A stretch of 64,000 nucleotides of DNA. Source: Amoebidium appalachense (Eukaryota > Protista > Ichthyosporea). Location of the stretch: assembly GCA_963693365.1 (NCBI GenBank), contig CAVNZM010000001.1:7952907-8016906 (forward strand). The letters run 5' to 3'. Below, piece by piece: positions 26,621 through 40,138 of the stretch. Within the stretch, counting starts at the first letter, position 1; the number at the start of each line of letters is the position of its first letter. The notes under the pieces were generated by a model that did no database searches, was not told where the DNA came from, and saw only the letters and a list, made by a program, of their open reading frames with translations. The translations under genes were made by a program, and so were the position numbers.

Positions 26621-28653
26621 CACACACACCTTAATAATCTCTGCAGCATCCTTACAAAACCTCTCCAACATGCCGTCCGTCAACCCAATGTTCACCTTGC
26701 CATCCACCACCCCTATGATCGCCAACACGGCCCCTTTCTCCTTTGCAAGGCGCTCGCAGTCTGCTGCCAGCTGCAGGTTTGCAGGAAAAGGGAGGACGTG
26801 GCTGATAATGCTCGTCTCTAGCGCAACTACCGCCTGTGTGTGGGTGAAGATATATTTTAGCGTTCGTGTTTTACGTTTCTTTTTTCTCACTATCGTATGA
26901 CTATTTCCTGTTTTTTCCTATCGATAATGCTTTCCCAAAGCATAACTTTTTCAATGGTAATAAATTATTTCCTATCCTACCACATTCCCCCCCCCCCCAA
27001 AACACACATACACACACACAGGAAAGCGGTCAACATGGAGCTAAGTTGACAAAAAGGTTGGGGGGGAGGGGGTATCTGGAGGACTGGAGGTGGAGGTGGT
27101 GAGAGCACGGTTGCAGAAAACGAAAAGAACAAGACGTGCCCATTAGGGGGGAGGGGGGAGGGGGGGGGGGAAGGGAGGGGGCGGGCGTGTAGAGTAGGGA
27201 AGAGACTAACCCCCCCCCTCCCCCCTTCTCTCCCGGGGTACTTTTGGAGCCAAAAACAATAACAAGTAGAGGGTGCAGGTGCATGTGTCTGATAAACAGA
27301 GGTGTGGAGTATAATGGGGTGGTAGAAGGATGAGGACCTTGGGAAGTTTTTTTTTTTTTTTTTTTTTGGGGGGGGGGGGGGGAGGGGTTCGGGGGTGGAG
27401 GGGAACTTGTTGTGCAAGTGCAGTATAATGGGGTGGTAGAAGTATGAGGACCTTGGGAAGTTTTTTTTTTGTTTTTGTTGTTTTGGGGGGGGGGGAGGGG
27501 GGCGGGGGTGGAGGGGAACTTGTTGTGCAAGTGCAGAGAAAGAGAAGGGGGGGGGGGGGGGGGGGGGAGTGGAAGTTGAAGGGGGGATCAAAACCGATGA
27601 AGGGGTATGTGTCACAGTACGAAGTGCACATTTACGACGGACAAAAAGGGGGGGGGGGGGGGGGGGGGGTGCGGGTAAAGAAAAAGGCGGACTGGGGAGG
27701 GAGCCAGAAGGGAGGGGAGGCAGCGAGGCGGGGGGCGGAAGGGGGGAAACAAATGGGAGAGAAACGGGGGGGGGGGGGGGGGGGGGGGGGCAAAAGGTGG
27801 TGGTGATAGTGTGTGTGTGTGTGTTGGGGGGGGGGGGGGGAATACAAAAGAAATGTGCTATGTGAAAAAATCCAAAGCGAGCAGAACATTCCTTTACACT
27901 CTCGCTTCCCTGATCCCTTTAACCCCCCCCCTCTCCCCCCCCCTCCCCTCCTCTCCCCCACGCAAAACCAACCGATTCACCCACACTACAGCACACAAAG
28001 ACACCACCCCCCTCCTAGCCCCTCTATCTCCCTCCGACACTTGTGCTCCCCTTAACCTCGGCCTATCGTAACACACCCTCTCTCGTCGTTTTCTCACACC
28101 ACCAACGCCGTGCTCATCTTTAATAGATCTCTTCTCTGTGTGTCTCTGTCTGATCTTTCCTCGTCTCCTCAGCGTTACCCCTTAAAAACCCCATTCCTCC
28201 CAGTCTAACGCGCTTGCTCCTAATACCCCACCCCCTCCCCCCCCATCCCACACACACACACCCGTGCGTTCGTGTGCGTGTGTGTGTGAACGGATGAATG
28301 TTACGCGAAGCTCAGATATGATAGGAGAAAGGGAAAGAGACTAACGAGCTTATTCACGGCAAACTCGTGCACGGAAAAGACTTCCCCATCTCTTAACGTG
28401 CTTGCAACTTAACGTTCATTCCCATGCGCGTGTATTCCAACAAGTATTATCCCCTTACCTTTTTCTGCTCAATTGCTGCCTTGACATCTGGTCTTATCTC
28501 CATGGGGAGCCCGTGTGATGCATACCCCCTCCTCCCATCCCCACACGCGATGACTCCCCTTGCCACCTGACACCCCACCACCCTTCCTCCCAGAACTGAC
28601 GCTGCATGCTGGAGAGAGGGTGCCAAGGAGGTGAACGTTGTTCTAAGCAACAT
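21228..28653 (-). CDS. psuG: Pseudouridine-5'-phosphate glycosidase (PsuG/IndA family) homologue, stand-alone, with N-terminal presequence; 8 exons, ~356 aa; catalytic Lys substituted
   Basis: Phase-consistent exons 28653-28459, 26833-26630, 25871-25790, 24970-24789, 24474-24329, 23261-23159, 22066-21959, 21278-21228. Motifs VVALETSIISH..PFPAN, KVSKRD..GATTVSASM, GGVQRG..DISSDLTELGRTPVAVVCSG, TVEFLETQG, VKGYELTNFLL, AAEIAVELS. Confidence 0.88.
22075..22214. repeat. 14-bp minisatellite (GTGTATGTGTGTAC)x~10 next to an intron 3' splice site
   Basis: Direct tandem array in psuG-like intron 6, just upstream (on the - strand) of the acceptor AG at 22067. Confidence 0.85.
27308..27536. repeat. ~115-bp tandem duplication in psuG-like intron 1
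   Basis: AGTATAATGGGGTGGTAGAAG.ATGAGGACCTTGGGAAG-Tn-Gn-GGGGTGGAGGGGAACTTGTTGTGCAAGTGCAG occurs twice. Confidence 0.8.
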
Positions 28654-28792
28654 GGTAGCGTTTATTTATGTGTCCCTGCGTGCGTGTAAAAACTGGATGG
28701 TATATACTTTCGTTTTGCAAAACTATAACTGGTACTTCGTTCAAGTTCGAGCGCTTGGGCATCGCCTTCAGGCTCTGACAGACAAGCCCTTA

Positions 28793-28890
28793 TGACGTCA
28801 TTCTTCATTAATGCTGGGCCAAAGGTGTGATGATAACGTACGTAATCCGTCCTTCATTTCAGACTTTAGACTAAAGCAGTGATGACGTCA
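28793..28890. promoter_or_regulatory. Two CRE/ATF palindromes (TGACGTCA) upstream of the psuG-like start
   Basis: ATGACGTCATTCTT occurs twice, with TGACGTCA cores at 28793-28800 and 28883-28890, 140-240 bp upstream of the ATG. Confidence 0.35.
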
Positions 28891-29967
28891 TTCTTGGCTA
28901 TCCCGGACCATCTATCGATCGAACTAGTTATCTCTGCAGCCTACATAGTAATATCTCTTTCTAGGGCTTTCTAGAGTATGAATCTTTCTTCCAAGAGGTT
29001 AAGGGGAAAAGCTTGGAAGGGGGAGGGGGGAGGGGGGGGCGGGGGGAAGGGGGGAGGGGGGGGAGGGGGGGGGGTCTTGTTTTCTTGCGTTCCCTGAGTT
29101 GGCTGGGTGGGAAGGGGTGGGGAGGGGGCACCGGCCTTGTTTTCGGTGGGATCGAAAGGGGAAAATTTTCATAATCTTCGAATTATTTCACAGCATTGTT
29201 AAATGATAGAGACTTCCAATTGCACATCACGGTGCAACGAGTCTTGATAATTATTTTGAATAATAGTCAATCCGATATATTATTATCTGATGCAAAAAGT
29301 CCAACCTTCCTCCAAGCTGTTACAGTATCTCGGGGGATCACGCATATGGAGGCCTTGCCTTCCTCCCCATTCGATCCCCCCCCCCCCCCTTTTCCCCCAC
29401 CCACTTTTTTGTTCCCCCCCCCCCCTCCCGCCCGAGCTCCCCCCTTCCCCCCCCCCCCCTCCCCCCTCCTCCCCCCGCCTCCGCCCCCCTCCCCCGGCCC
29501 TTCGTACATGTACACGTGGTCCGTTATACTTCAGAAACTATGATGGTTCACTGAATAGAAACAGGCAGTCCCGGTAATAATCAGTACTTAAAAGAATTCA
29601 CGAGCATACCGAGACTAATCTTCCTCTTCAAGTTCATCTTTTTTTTTTTTTTTTTTTTTTGGGTGTGTGTGTGTGGGTGCGTGTGGGTGTGTTTTGTCTG
29701 TGTGTGTGGTGGTGGTGGTGGTGGTGGTGGTGGTGGTGGCGGTGGTGGCAGAGGAGGGGGGGGGGGGGGGGGGGGAAGGGGGGGGGGATAGGGCATTTTT
29801 AAAGAGAACCCGGCCAAAAAATAGAGAGAAATAGAACTGCACATGGCAAGGGTGGCCATGCAGGCAGGTAATACTATGCGTGTGTGTCAGCGCATGGGTG
29901 GGTGGGGGGCCAGGCGAGGGAGGAAAGGTGGGAAGGGGGGGGGCGGGCCTGGCGGGGTCGTGGGGAA

Positions 29968-30006
<39 letters not shown>

Positions 30007-31395
30007 AGGGGGGGAGCTGGTAACCCTGCACGTTTGCTTGCAATTGCCCATACTGCCAGCTGACTGCTATTTGCAGCAGTGCAGTTTCAGCTGATTTATA
30101 TCTTGAAGTTATAATACTAAGAATGATGACGTTTAATTCATCATTTAAACAATGAGTGGCTCCGACTTTCTGTTCTGTTTACGATACAGAAGAAACATTG
30201 ACTCGACTACTGACATCACGGTAACAATGCTACCGTGTGCAGTATCCAACTTTCACATGCAGCAGCGGACGGTTTGTTCTTGGAAGCTGCAGACGCACAT
30301 GGCAAATCCGTATATTTCAAAGAGCACCAAGCCCAATACCTGAGCATAATAGATCTTAAACTCACGAATCGCAACCTAATTAAAAATTGCAGACACACTG
30401 CTTTATGTGCGATCTGTGGGTTAAAAAAAGAAACCGAATTCGAGGCAAAGTGTTACCCATTGGCCACAGCTTCTAGCACGTAAAAAAGGATAGCACCGAT
30501 GAATAGATGCAAGTACGTTCGTCTCAGACACCCGATAAAAAAAAGTTAAAATGGGCTGCGGCAAATAGAACAAGATTGGTTTGCACAAACCCATTTCAAC
30601 TTATAAAAGTTTAAAACCTTTGACCTTGACATGTCAGCACACCGTCCACTAATTGGAACATAATAAACCAGCAGGTTCGAATGGAAACGGTTGCCTCTGA
30701 TTACTGCATTTTATGAACCCCCATGCAGTCCTGCAGTTGCGTAAAATGCATTCACACATTGTGCAAGGTGTGAGGCTACACTAGTGATTTCTCCAAATAA
30801 TGCTGGCTAATCCCCCCCCCCCCTCCCCCCCCCCCCCCCCCCCCGAGTGCCCCCCTCCCCCCTCCGGGCCCCCAGGGGTGAGAAGGGGAGGAGGGGGGGG
30901 GGAGGGGGGAGTGAGACTCGAGTGAGGAGGGGGGGCCCGGAAGGGGGGGATTGAATTGTTTGGTATGGGGTGGAACTTCTGAGGTCTTCCATTCTTAATT
31001 CCTATGTTTTTTTTTTTGTTTTTGTTTTTTTTGGGGGGGGGGGAGGGGGGGGGGGGGGGGGAGGGGGGAGGGGGGGATGCAGAGAAAGGGGCGGGGAGAA
31101 TCTGCTGCTTTGAAGGGGTTTTGGTTTTTGTGTTCTCGGATTAGGAAACAAAAGAAGAAAAGGGTGAAACGAAGGCATTATTAACCATATTCTTACTTTT
31201 ATAGGGTGTTGTTTATTGGACTGTGTTTTGCATTGCAGTACGGTATTTTGCACGTAATATCAGTAAACCCATGCAGGGCTCTTGGGCGATTGACAAAAGT
31301 CCCAATGTGTCGTAATAGAGGGAGCATAATCATTGAATGCCCATTATTGCGTGAGGAAAAGACTCTCTAGTTAGTATGCCTCCAGCAACTTTAGT

Positions 31396-31451
<56 letters not shown>

Positions 31452-31607
31452 AGAGGGGGGGGGGGGGGTACTACAAACGAGGGGGGAGGGGGAAAGGGGA
31501 GGGGGGGGGGGGGGGGGGGTCACACGTCTTGTACATATTTAGTGCCACATTTGTATGAATCGGCCATGGCAAACGTGACTCCTCTGGATTGATAGTTTCA
31601 AAACTGT

Positions 31608-31939
31608 CTAGACGAACAGGTGATCAAGAAGGGTGATATTTGCCATTTCGACGACAACACCTGCAATAACTAGCAAGAAGCGCAGAAGTAGAAGAAGGAT
31701 AAGGAAATAAAAGGCAAAAAATGTACATAACATCAGCTTCTATCCTGCGCAAAGTACTCTTCGTCAACCAGTGTGATCGACGCACTCACAAAATCGGCAT
31801 ATGAGGGTATGTCTTCCCGACCATCTATAAATCCCAACACCGTGTCGATGGATCCCCCAGTTTACGATAATTTCTTGGTGACGCTTACTCGGTAGAAGGT
31901 ATTGCCTTCAGTTGTCTCTCCCTGTGCACGTGTGTGTGT

Positions 31940-32023
<84 letters not shown>

Positions 32024-32336
32024 GTATTGTGTGTGTGTGTGTGTGTGTGTCTGTGTGTCTGTGTGTCTGTGTGTGTGTGTGTGCGTGTTTGTGTGTTTGT
32101 GTGTGTGTGTGTGTGTCTGTGTGTGTGTTTTTTTTTTTGGGGGGGGGGGGGCAGGGGGGATGGGGGGGAGGTAGGTGGGTGGGTGGGTAGTTGGGTATGT
32201 GGGATGTGTGTGTGTGCGTGTGTATGCGTGTGCATGTGCATGTGCATGTGTGTGTGTGTGTGTGTGTGTGTGGGCGTGCGTGTGCGCGTGCGTGTGCGTA
32301 TGTGCATGTGCGTGTTTGCCTGTATGCATGTGCACG

Positions 32337-32379
<43 letters not shown>

Positions 32380-32744
32380 TTATGTCGTGGAGTGTGTAAC
32401 GAGTCACTGCATGTCCATCTGTGCTGTGCTTGTGTGCCTCGTATGTGTTTGTGTGTGCCAGTGTGCCCACCTTGCATAGTTGCATAGCAGAGCCTGAAAG
32501 GAGAGAAAAAAAGCAGGTGTCGATTCAAAATTAGAAAAAAAAGGACATTTGCAGTAGGAATTTTCTTTCTTGTTTTTCCCGGCTGAGAGCATTGGAAGCA
32601 AGATCTGCACTTTGTGCAGGAGAAAGGAGCTAGGGGTTGAAGTAAAAGAGGGAGAGCCGGGGAGAAGGTGGGGGGAGGGGGGGGGAAGGAGGGGGGGAGG
32701 GGGGGGGGGGAACAAACAAAGGAAAACACACACCGCGACGCAGG

Positions 32745-32785
<41 letters not shown>

Positions 32786-33998
32786 ATACACACACACACC
32801 CCCTCACACGCACAACGTGACGCATACACACACACACACACCGTGGCATGGCAGGGGGTGGGCGTGGGGAGGCGATGTGTGTGTGTCACGGTGGGTTTGG
32901 GGGGAGGGGGGGGGGGGCGCACACGTGCGACACACAGGCACGTGCACGTGTGCACGCCCGCTCACACTCACACAAACCCGCACATGGATACATGCACACA
33001 CACATGCACACATGCACACACACATGCACACACCTTCTCGACCCAGTTGATGCCCAGCCAAAAGCTTGTGAGGTCAGCTGCATAACTTGAATAGATTTCC
33101 CTGCACCCCAAAACATGAATACATGCTGGAACACACAATTATAGTAGTTGGCGATAAACTGCGAATAACTAGGAACATGGCGAGAAATATCTCAGTCAAG
33201 AATCCTTATATCTCAGTCAAGAATCCTTCCCAAATACATGTATTAGATTATTAAATTCTCACAGAGTTAGAATTGGCGCAGACACATTATTCCAGCAACA
33301 AGCTTTTTTATTCTATTGAAAGTTAGAACACAAGATCAAGGAACACCCAAACACATTTATTCATGAATATCAAATAAATAACCTTACCCAATCTAAAGGG
33401 CCATGCCGTAAAAACTCACATCTCGTACCATCATAACACATGCAAATGTTCAATTATTCTAGAAATCCAAATCACGTGCTAATATACAATGATATCTTCC
33501 ACGAGAAGACAAACGAAGTTAAAGTTCGATCTACATCGATTGACCTAACTTTAATTAACTTTAATATCCAATGGTTGGCGACCAACATAATTTTATAGTT
33601 TGATGTGAGACCAGATTGATTTAATGATTGGTCAGTTAGATACACGCAAGAGGCTGACACTCTGCAAGTAGGTAGGATGCTTGGGGGCCGTACCCGGACA
33701 CTGACTACATAGGGGGGGGGGGGGGGGGGGTGTCTATATTTAGGGGCAGGCATGGATGGTTCTCCCGGGGAGAAGGGCGGGAGGGGGGGGGGGGGGGGAG
33801 AGAGAGAGAGAGAGGGGGGGGGGGAGGGGGGGGGAGGGGAATGGGGAGGTTCTGGGTACCTCTAAACAAATACATTGCTGCTTCCAAATGGGGGGGGGGG
33901 GGGGGGGGGGGGGGCGGGTGGGGAGGGGGAGGGAAGAAGAGGGGGGAGGGGGGGAGAAGGGGGAAGGGGGAAGTGGGGGGAAAGAGGGAAGGGGTAAG

Positions 33999-34029
<31 letters not shown>

Positions 34030-34780
34030 AGAAGTGCGGGAATGGGGGGGAGACGTGGAGAGGGTTGGCTCCATTTACCTTTTGAGCATGGGAGGGACGA
34101 CTTTTGGGGTTTCTTCAGTGAGGGGAAGAGAAATTGCGCAATGGATAAGGTTGGAATACTCCACATCGGTAAGGAAGCTGGATGGTCGTAATGTATGTGT
34201 GTGTGTGTGTGTGTGTGTTGGGGGGGGGGGGGGGGGGAGGGGGGGGGGAGGGGGGGGGGGGGGGGGGGGGGGGGGGTTGGATGAGGGTGGATGTGTGTTG
34301 GTGGTGGTAGTGGTGGTTGCGGTAGTGGCAGTGAGGAGGGGGGAGGGGGAGAGGGGGGAGGGGGGTGGGATGGGGGGGGATGGGGGGTGGATGTGTATGT
34401 TCGTGCAGGTGTTGGTGTGGGACTGGCTGAATTAAAAAGTGGTTCATATGCACGTATGTGCTTGTGTAGGTGGGAGGGGGGGAGGGGGAAAGGTAAATCG
34501 AGTGTCAGAGTCCGGTATCTGTCCTAACCTTCATCCCCCCCCCCCCCCCCCCCCCTCCCCACCCCTCTCTCCCCCCTCCCTCTCTCCCTCCCCATCCCCT
34601 CCTTCCCCTCCTCCCCCTCTCCCCCGTCCCCCAAATTCCCCTCCCGGCATCAACATGCACATACAGATGCCTTTCACCCTTCTACAAATTTCGCCAATCC
34701 CACCCTTACTCTCCCCCCTCCCCACCCAAACCCACACACTGTACTCTTCACACATTGTACTCCCCCCCTCCCCCCTCCCC

Positions 34781-34811
<31 letters not shown>

Positions 34812-35144
34812 ACCTTTTCGGTCCTGCACCTAAACTCTTTCCCCCTTCCCCCCTCCTCCCCCTCTCCCCTTCCCCCCCCCCCCCCCCCCCTCCAACACAC
34901 CTTTTTACTCCCATTCTTCCTACTAAAAACCCTCAGTCTCTCCCCTCCTCTCCCCCAACCCTTTCCCCCCCTCCCCCCCCCCCCCCCCCCCCCCCCCCCA
35001 CCCCCCGCCCACCCTCCCCTAACTGCCCTCGATCCTCTTCTTGCTCGTACCTACCCAACTTTACTGATCGACTGCCAAACCTTTTCCCCCCACCCTCTCC
35101 CCCGGTATTTCCCCTCAGCTTTCTCCTCCTGTACCCCCCCCCCC

Positions 35145-35175
<31 letters not shown>

Positions 35176-37746
35176 CCAACCCCCATCACCCACACCCCCC
35201 TACCGAAAAAAAGGTGTTATAGGGAAGGACACGAAGCGCGGGCGGAGGAGGTGGAGGGGAGGGGGGAGGAGGGGAAGGGGGAAGGGGGGCATGTGTGCAC
35301 TTCTGCGTACGTCTGTGCTGGAGAGCATATCATTTCCTGCGTTTCAGATGCTTCGAATGGAAGCCCATAATACAAACAGGAAATAAAATCTCACAGGAAG
35401 GAAGTGGTACAAGGGGAGAAATGAACGGGGAAAAGAAAAGGGGGGAAGGTGAGGGGGGGGAGATGGGGGGGGGGGGGGGGGGAGGGGAGGATGATGACAA
35501 AAAAAAGGGGGGGGGGGGAAGTTGGAGGGGGGGGGGGGGGGGGAGGAGGTGTTGGGATAGGTGGAGAAGAATTCGTGTGAGGTTGGAACAAAGAGGGCGG
35601 TGGGAAGGGGGAAGGGGGGGGGGGGGAGGGGGGGGGGGGAGGGGGGCGGAGGGGGGAGGGGGGGGGGAGGGAGGGAGGGAGAGGAGAGGGCTTACAGGCG
35701 TGTGTTGGCCAACGGAATTGTCTTCCTTCTGGGTGGCATTCCGACACACTCTCCGGCCGTATTCATAGGTCCATCCCCCGAATCCCCGTCCTTTTTCTTC
35801 GATTTTTCGTTTTTTTCTTCTTGCGCTCCACATTTTCCGGCCTTTCCTCCTCGGCCTTTCGTTTCTTTCCCTGCTTTTTTCCGTCACCATCCAAACCTCC
35901 GGATTTCCCCATTGTTTTAGGAACGTTTGCACACGTTTCGACCGATGAATCTTTCGGGTTACCTCTAATTGCGTCTGCTCCATTATCCGGAATTTCCTCG
36001 CTTCCATTAGGACGCAACTCCGAGTTAACCTCTTTTTCTGACGGAATAACTCCAGGTTTAAATTGCTGTGTTTCGTCCGTGTGTCCTTCTGCTTCGATGG
36101 TTGAATTCCGGAAATTCTTACCCAAATTTCCCCCGTCACCCTCACCTTCACCAGATTTTCCGGTTTCAATCCTACTGTCTCCGCCCACCTGTTGCAGAAA
36201 AAGAGCAAATTTCGGATGCTCGTTTTTATTGCCATTTCCACCTTGCCCCCCTTCACCATCTCTCTTCCTCTCCTCTCGCTCTCTCGTCACCCCCCTTCCG
36301 TCGTGGGGTTTTTTACGTGAACATTCCTTTTCGGCCGAATCTGAGTCCCCAAAAGCTGTAGATTGACGGGCTTGCGTGGGGCTTTGGGTGGTGGAAGGTT
36401 GGGGTGGAATGGTGGGGGGTCTCTGGGGGGGTTGAACTGACATAGTGTGCGAAATGTCATCCCCCATTCTTTGTTCTTCCGTTGGGTTAGACCCATGTTC
36501 GGACATCATGCGAATCGGGTCAACCGCACCGTTTCCTGTTTTCATTGGTCTAGACGTCTCACCATCGGAAAAAATGATTGGTCTGGGATTATCGTCATCT
36601 ATCACGATGGGCCGTGTCTTGCACCCGGGCCCCTTAATGGGCCTATAAACCCTGCGCTCTTGGCACCAATACTTGTGCTCGCGAAGAGCATCCGGCACTC
36701 CATTTCCCTGATTTCGAACCAATGGCGGCACTTGCAATCCTCCCGTGTAAATTCCCGTATCCATTTCACCCCCACGAGTACTCCCCTGCGCATTCTCCTC
36801 CCTCCCCGTGTGACCGGTTTCCTGAAACCGAATTTCCGTATTTTCCGCCCTTGCTATTGAGTCTCCATCGGCCCCACCAGAGTTACACCCGCTCGCATAT
36901 ACATTCGTATTTTTGCTATTCCCACCCGAATATTTGCTTTTGCCACCCCTAGTTGTTCCCTGTCCACCTGGATTTCGGGATTCGCCTGCGTTCCTCGCAT
37001 CTTGTTTCTTGGAACTCTCACCCACCCCCAGCTCTCACACCCCCTTTCCCGTTTTCCCGGCTCTCGTTTTGGCCCCTCTTTTCTCTTCCCCCGTTTCCTA
37101 TCTTCCTTTTCCTGTGACCTCCTGATTTCTTCTTAACCCCGCCTGTGTTCTTCTTACCCCCCAATTCCTCATTTCCCTTGTTCCCCCCATCTTTCTTCTT
37201 CTTCCCTTTGTTCGGCTTGGGCTGAACACAACGGCGGTGTGCCGTCGGTTTTGGTGGAATGTTCTCCAACTCCGGACCCGAGAAATCCGATTGGTCTCCG
37301 CCGCTCTCACTTGAGGCACCCTCGTTTTCATTAATCGATTTTTCGGCATTTTCCCGTTGTTTTTTCTCGCGCAAATTCCAGACCCTCCTTCCCACCGCCT
37401 CCTTTTGCGCATAGTCCGCCGAACTTTCCGAATCGCTATCGCTTGATGATGTCGAAATACCCCTTCCAAATCTCTGGATTTTCTTCAAGTTCTTGCCCGC
37501 GTTCTGTTTTACGGTGGAGGTGGTTTCCCGTTTTTTCTTTTCGAAAAACCCAATCGCCTCTGTGGAACGTCGCAGGGTGCTAGCTGGTGTTTGTGAAACT
37601 CCCGTGTTTTTCCCCGCCTCTGAAATCTCCGACTCGTCAGCCTCCGACTCGGTCATACTCAAACCTGTGGTTGTCGTTTCACTTTCCCCGACTTTTCCCT
37701 TTCCCTGCCACACATCACCAGAATTTTGTTTTTCCGGATCCGCCAT
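31608..37746 (-). CDS. Candidate orphan gene or intron-containing TE gene: long low-complexity first exon plus six small exons; two apparent frameshifts
   Basis: Microsatellite-free ORF block from ATG 37746 to a GTAAGC donor after 35696, with frameshifts near 37025 and ~35810. Then phase-consistent GT-AG exons 34177-34079, 33100-33034, 32493-32471, 31921-31889, 31824-31790, 31660-31608, giving [57 protein letters not shown]. No family recognised. Confidence 0.4.
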
Positions 37747-38013
37747 ATTCACTCACTTTCCTCTTGTGTCCAACACCCACTCAAAGTTCGCCTCTCTTTT
37801 CTGCCCGTCCGAGGTATTTTCGGGAAACCTCAGGAATTTCGGAGTTTCTCCGAGCAGACGTCTCTATTGTTTCGTATTCAGGGCTCCACAAAACACCACA
37901 CCCTCGCCTGCGATCGATTCCCTATGTTGGATTTTTGGTGTCAGTGCCTAGCTAGTAAAAAGTTTCTTTTTTCCTCTGTAGAGCAAACTGGTATACAGCA
38001 TGAGGGACCGCAA

Positions 38014-38065
<52 letters not shown>

Positions 38066-39984
38066 ACCCCCCTGGGCCCGGGCCACAAAAAAATCTAGCC
38101 ATCACCACCATACACACACATCCGTACACACACGTGCACACATCAAAATTGTAAAAGGAAGGTTTAGAGTGAAAAGAGAGAGATGGGCAGAGAGAGGGGT
38201 AAGGAAATGAGGGAGGGATTGAGGGAGGGAGGGAGAGAGGGTAGAAGGGAGAGAGGGAGGGGATCCGAAAGGCGGAATTAAAAAGAGGGGGGGGGGGGGG
38301 TTGATGAGAGAGGGGAGGAAGGGAAGGGCTCGGGGGGGGGGGGGGGGGGTGGTTAAGGAAGGGAGGGAGAGGGGAGGGGGCGGGGAGGGAGATGGAAAGG
38401 GGGGGGAGGGGGGGAGGGGGGAGGAGGGGAAGGGATGGAGGGAAGGAATAAAAAGAGTTGGAGTGGGGAGTGTTTGTGTGTATGTGTGGCGGGGGGGGGG
38501 GGGGGGAGGGAGAGGGCAGAGGGGAGGGGGGTGGAGGGGGAGGGGAGGGGAAGAAGCGGAAGGGCGAGGGCCAGGGGGGCAGCCTCGGGGGAGATATTAA
38601 AGAAAGGAAAAGGAATCCGTCCCCCTTTTGCCTGCCCACCCAGTGGTGTCCTACAAGCCTTCAACGGAGATATCAGCAAATTACGTGTCCCACACAGCGG
38701 ATATTCGAGAGGGCGGGAAGAAGAGGGGGTGAAGGGGGGGTGGGCGGGGGGAGGGGGGGGGGGGGGGGGGGTATTTACCAATATTCACCGATATTCTGAA
38801 ATGCACTTGATCGATTGGGTGACATGAAGATGGGCCCCGGGGATTGAGGTCCTATTTTTAGAAGCGACAACACCAAAATAGCCACTGAAACCCTCGGTGG
38901 GGAATGAAACTTGTTGGCTGGTACCTGTCAGTGTATCATGATAGAAAGTAGGTGAGGGGAGGTGGGGTGGGGTGGGGGGGGGTGGGGGGGGGGGGGGGGG
39001 GGGGGGGGAGAGGGATGTGGGGAGGTGGGGGGGGGGGGGGGGGAGATGGGGAGGGGCAGTGGTGATGGGTAGGAGGAGTGTGGTGATGGGCTGAGGGGAG
39101 AGGGGGGGAGGGGGGAGGGGAGGGAGGGGGGAGGGAGGAACGGAAAGGGGAGGGGGGAGGAGAGGGGGAGGGGGGCGGGGAGGAAGGGATGGGAGATGGG
39201 GGGCAGGGGTGAGGGCGGGGGGGGGGGGGGGGAGGGGGGATGAGAGGGGCGGGCGGGGGGGGGGGGGGGGTAGGTGAGAAACTGTAGGAGGGCCGGCAAG
39301 AGGGAACAGTTCGATTGAAAAGAGGGGTCGTCAGAGAGAACGGTTTGAAAGAGAGAGGAGCGGAGCTGGGAACGAAGAGGGATAAGCGGGTCGAGGTAAA
39401 TGGGCATTCTCTTTATTTTTCGTTTTCTTTATCTTTATCTTTTCCTTTTTCTTTTTGTTTTTCCTTGAGTGTTTGATTTTTTCTGTGTGCGTCCATGTGT
39501 GCATGACACCCTGCGTGTGTGCACACGTGTTTCAAAATTAGTATTCGTATCTACTTGAAGGCTAATTTAAATCCAACAGGTGGTGGGTATGGGCAAGGGG
39601 AGTTGGTGGGGGAGTAGGAGGGGAGGGTTCATGCTGTAAATATGAATGAGAAAATAACTTAAGTGATATGCTCATTTATTGGGCATGGAGAATTTGAAGG
39701 TGGACGTGGGAGGGGGAGGGAGGGGAGGGTGTGTATCGTGCTAAGCAGTCAAGCAGAGTGGGTGTAAGGGATTTCCATTTCCCTCTGTGCGCGGGGGGAG
39801 GAGGGAGGGGGAGGGGGAGGGGGGAGAGAGAGAGAGGGGGGGGGGGGGGGGGGGGGGGAGAGGGGGGGGGGGGGTAGCTTAGAGTAAATCAAAGAGGCAT
39901 GAGATGAAGAAACCGGGGCTCTGACCAGGTTGCTGGGGGGAGAAGGGGGGGGGGGGGGGGGAGAAGAGGGGGGGGGGGGGGGGA

Positions 39985-40020
<36 letters not shown>

Positions 40021-40095
40021 GGGGGGGGGGGGGAGGGGGGGCAAGGTAGGTTAATAGAGGGAGGACTCCGGGGATGTTTAGTATTTCAAAGGTTT

Positions 40096-40138
<43 letters not shown>

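Noticed and set aside
29196-30483. Coding-looking fragments (AWRKVGLF on -, ADGLFLEAADAHGKSVYFKEH on +)
   Set aside because: Short, interrupted by stops, with no consistent splice model or recognisable family.
38620-39407. Possible minus-strand exons between G/C tracts
   Set aside because: Frame is ambiguous and they could not be linked into a model.
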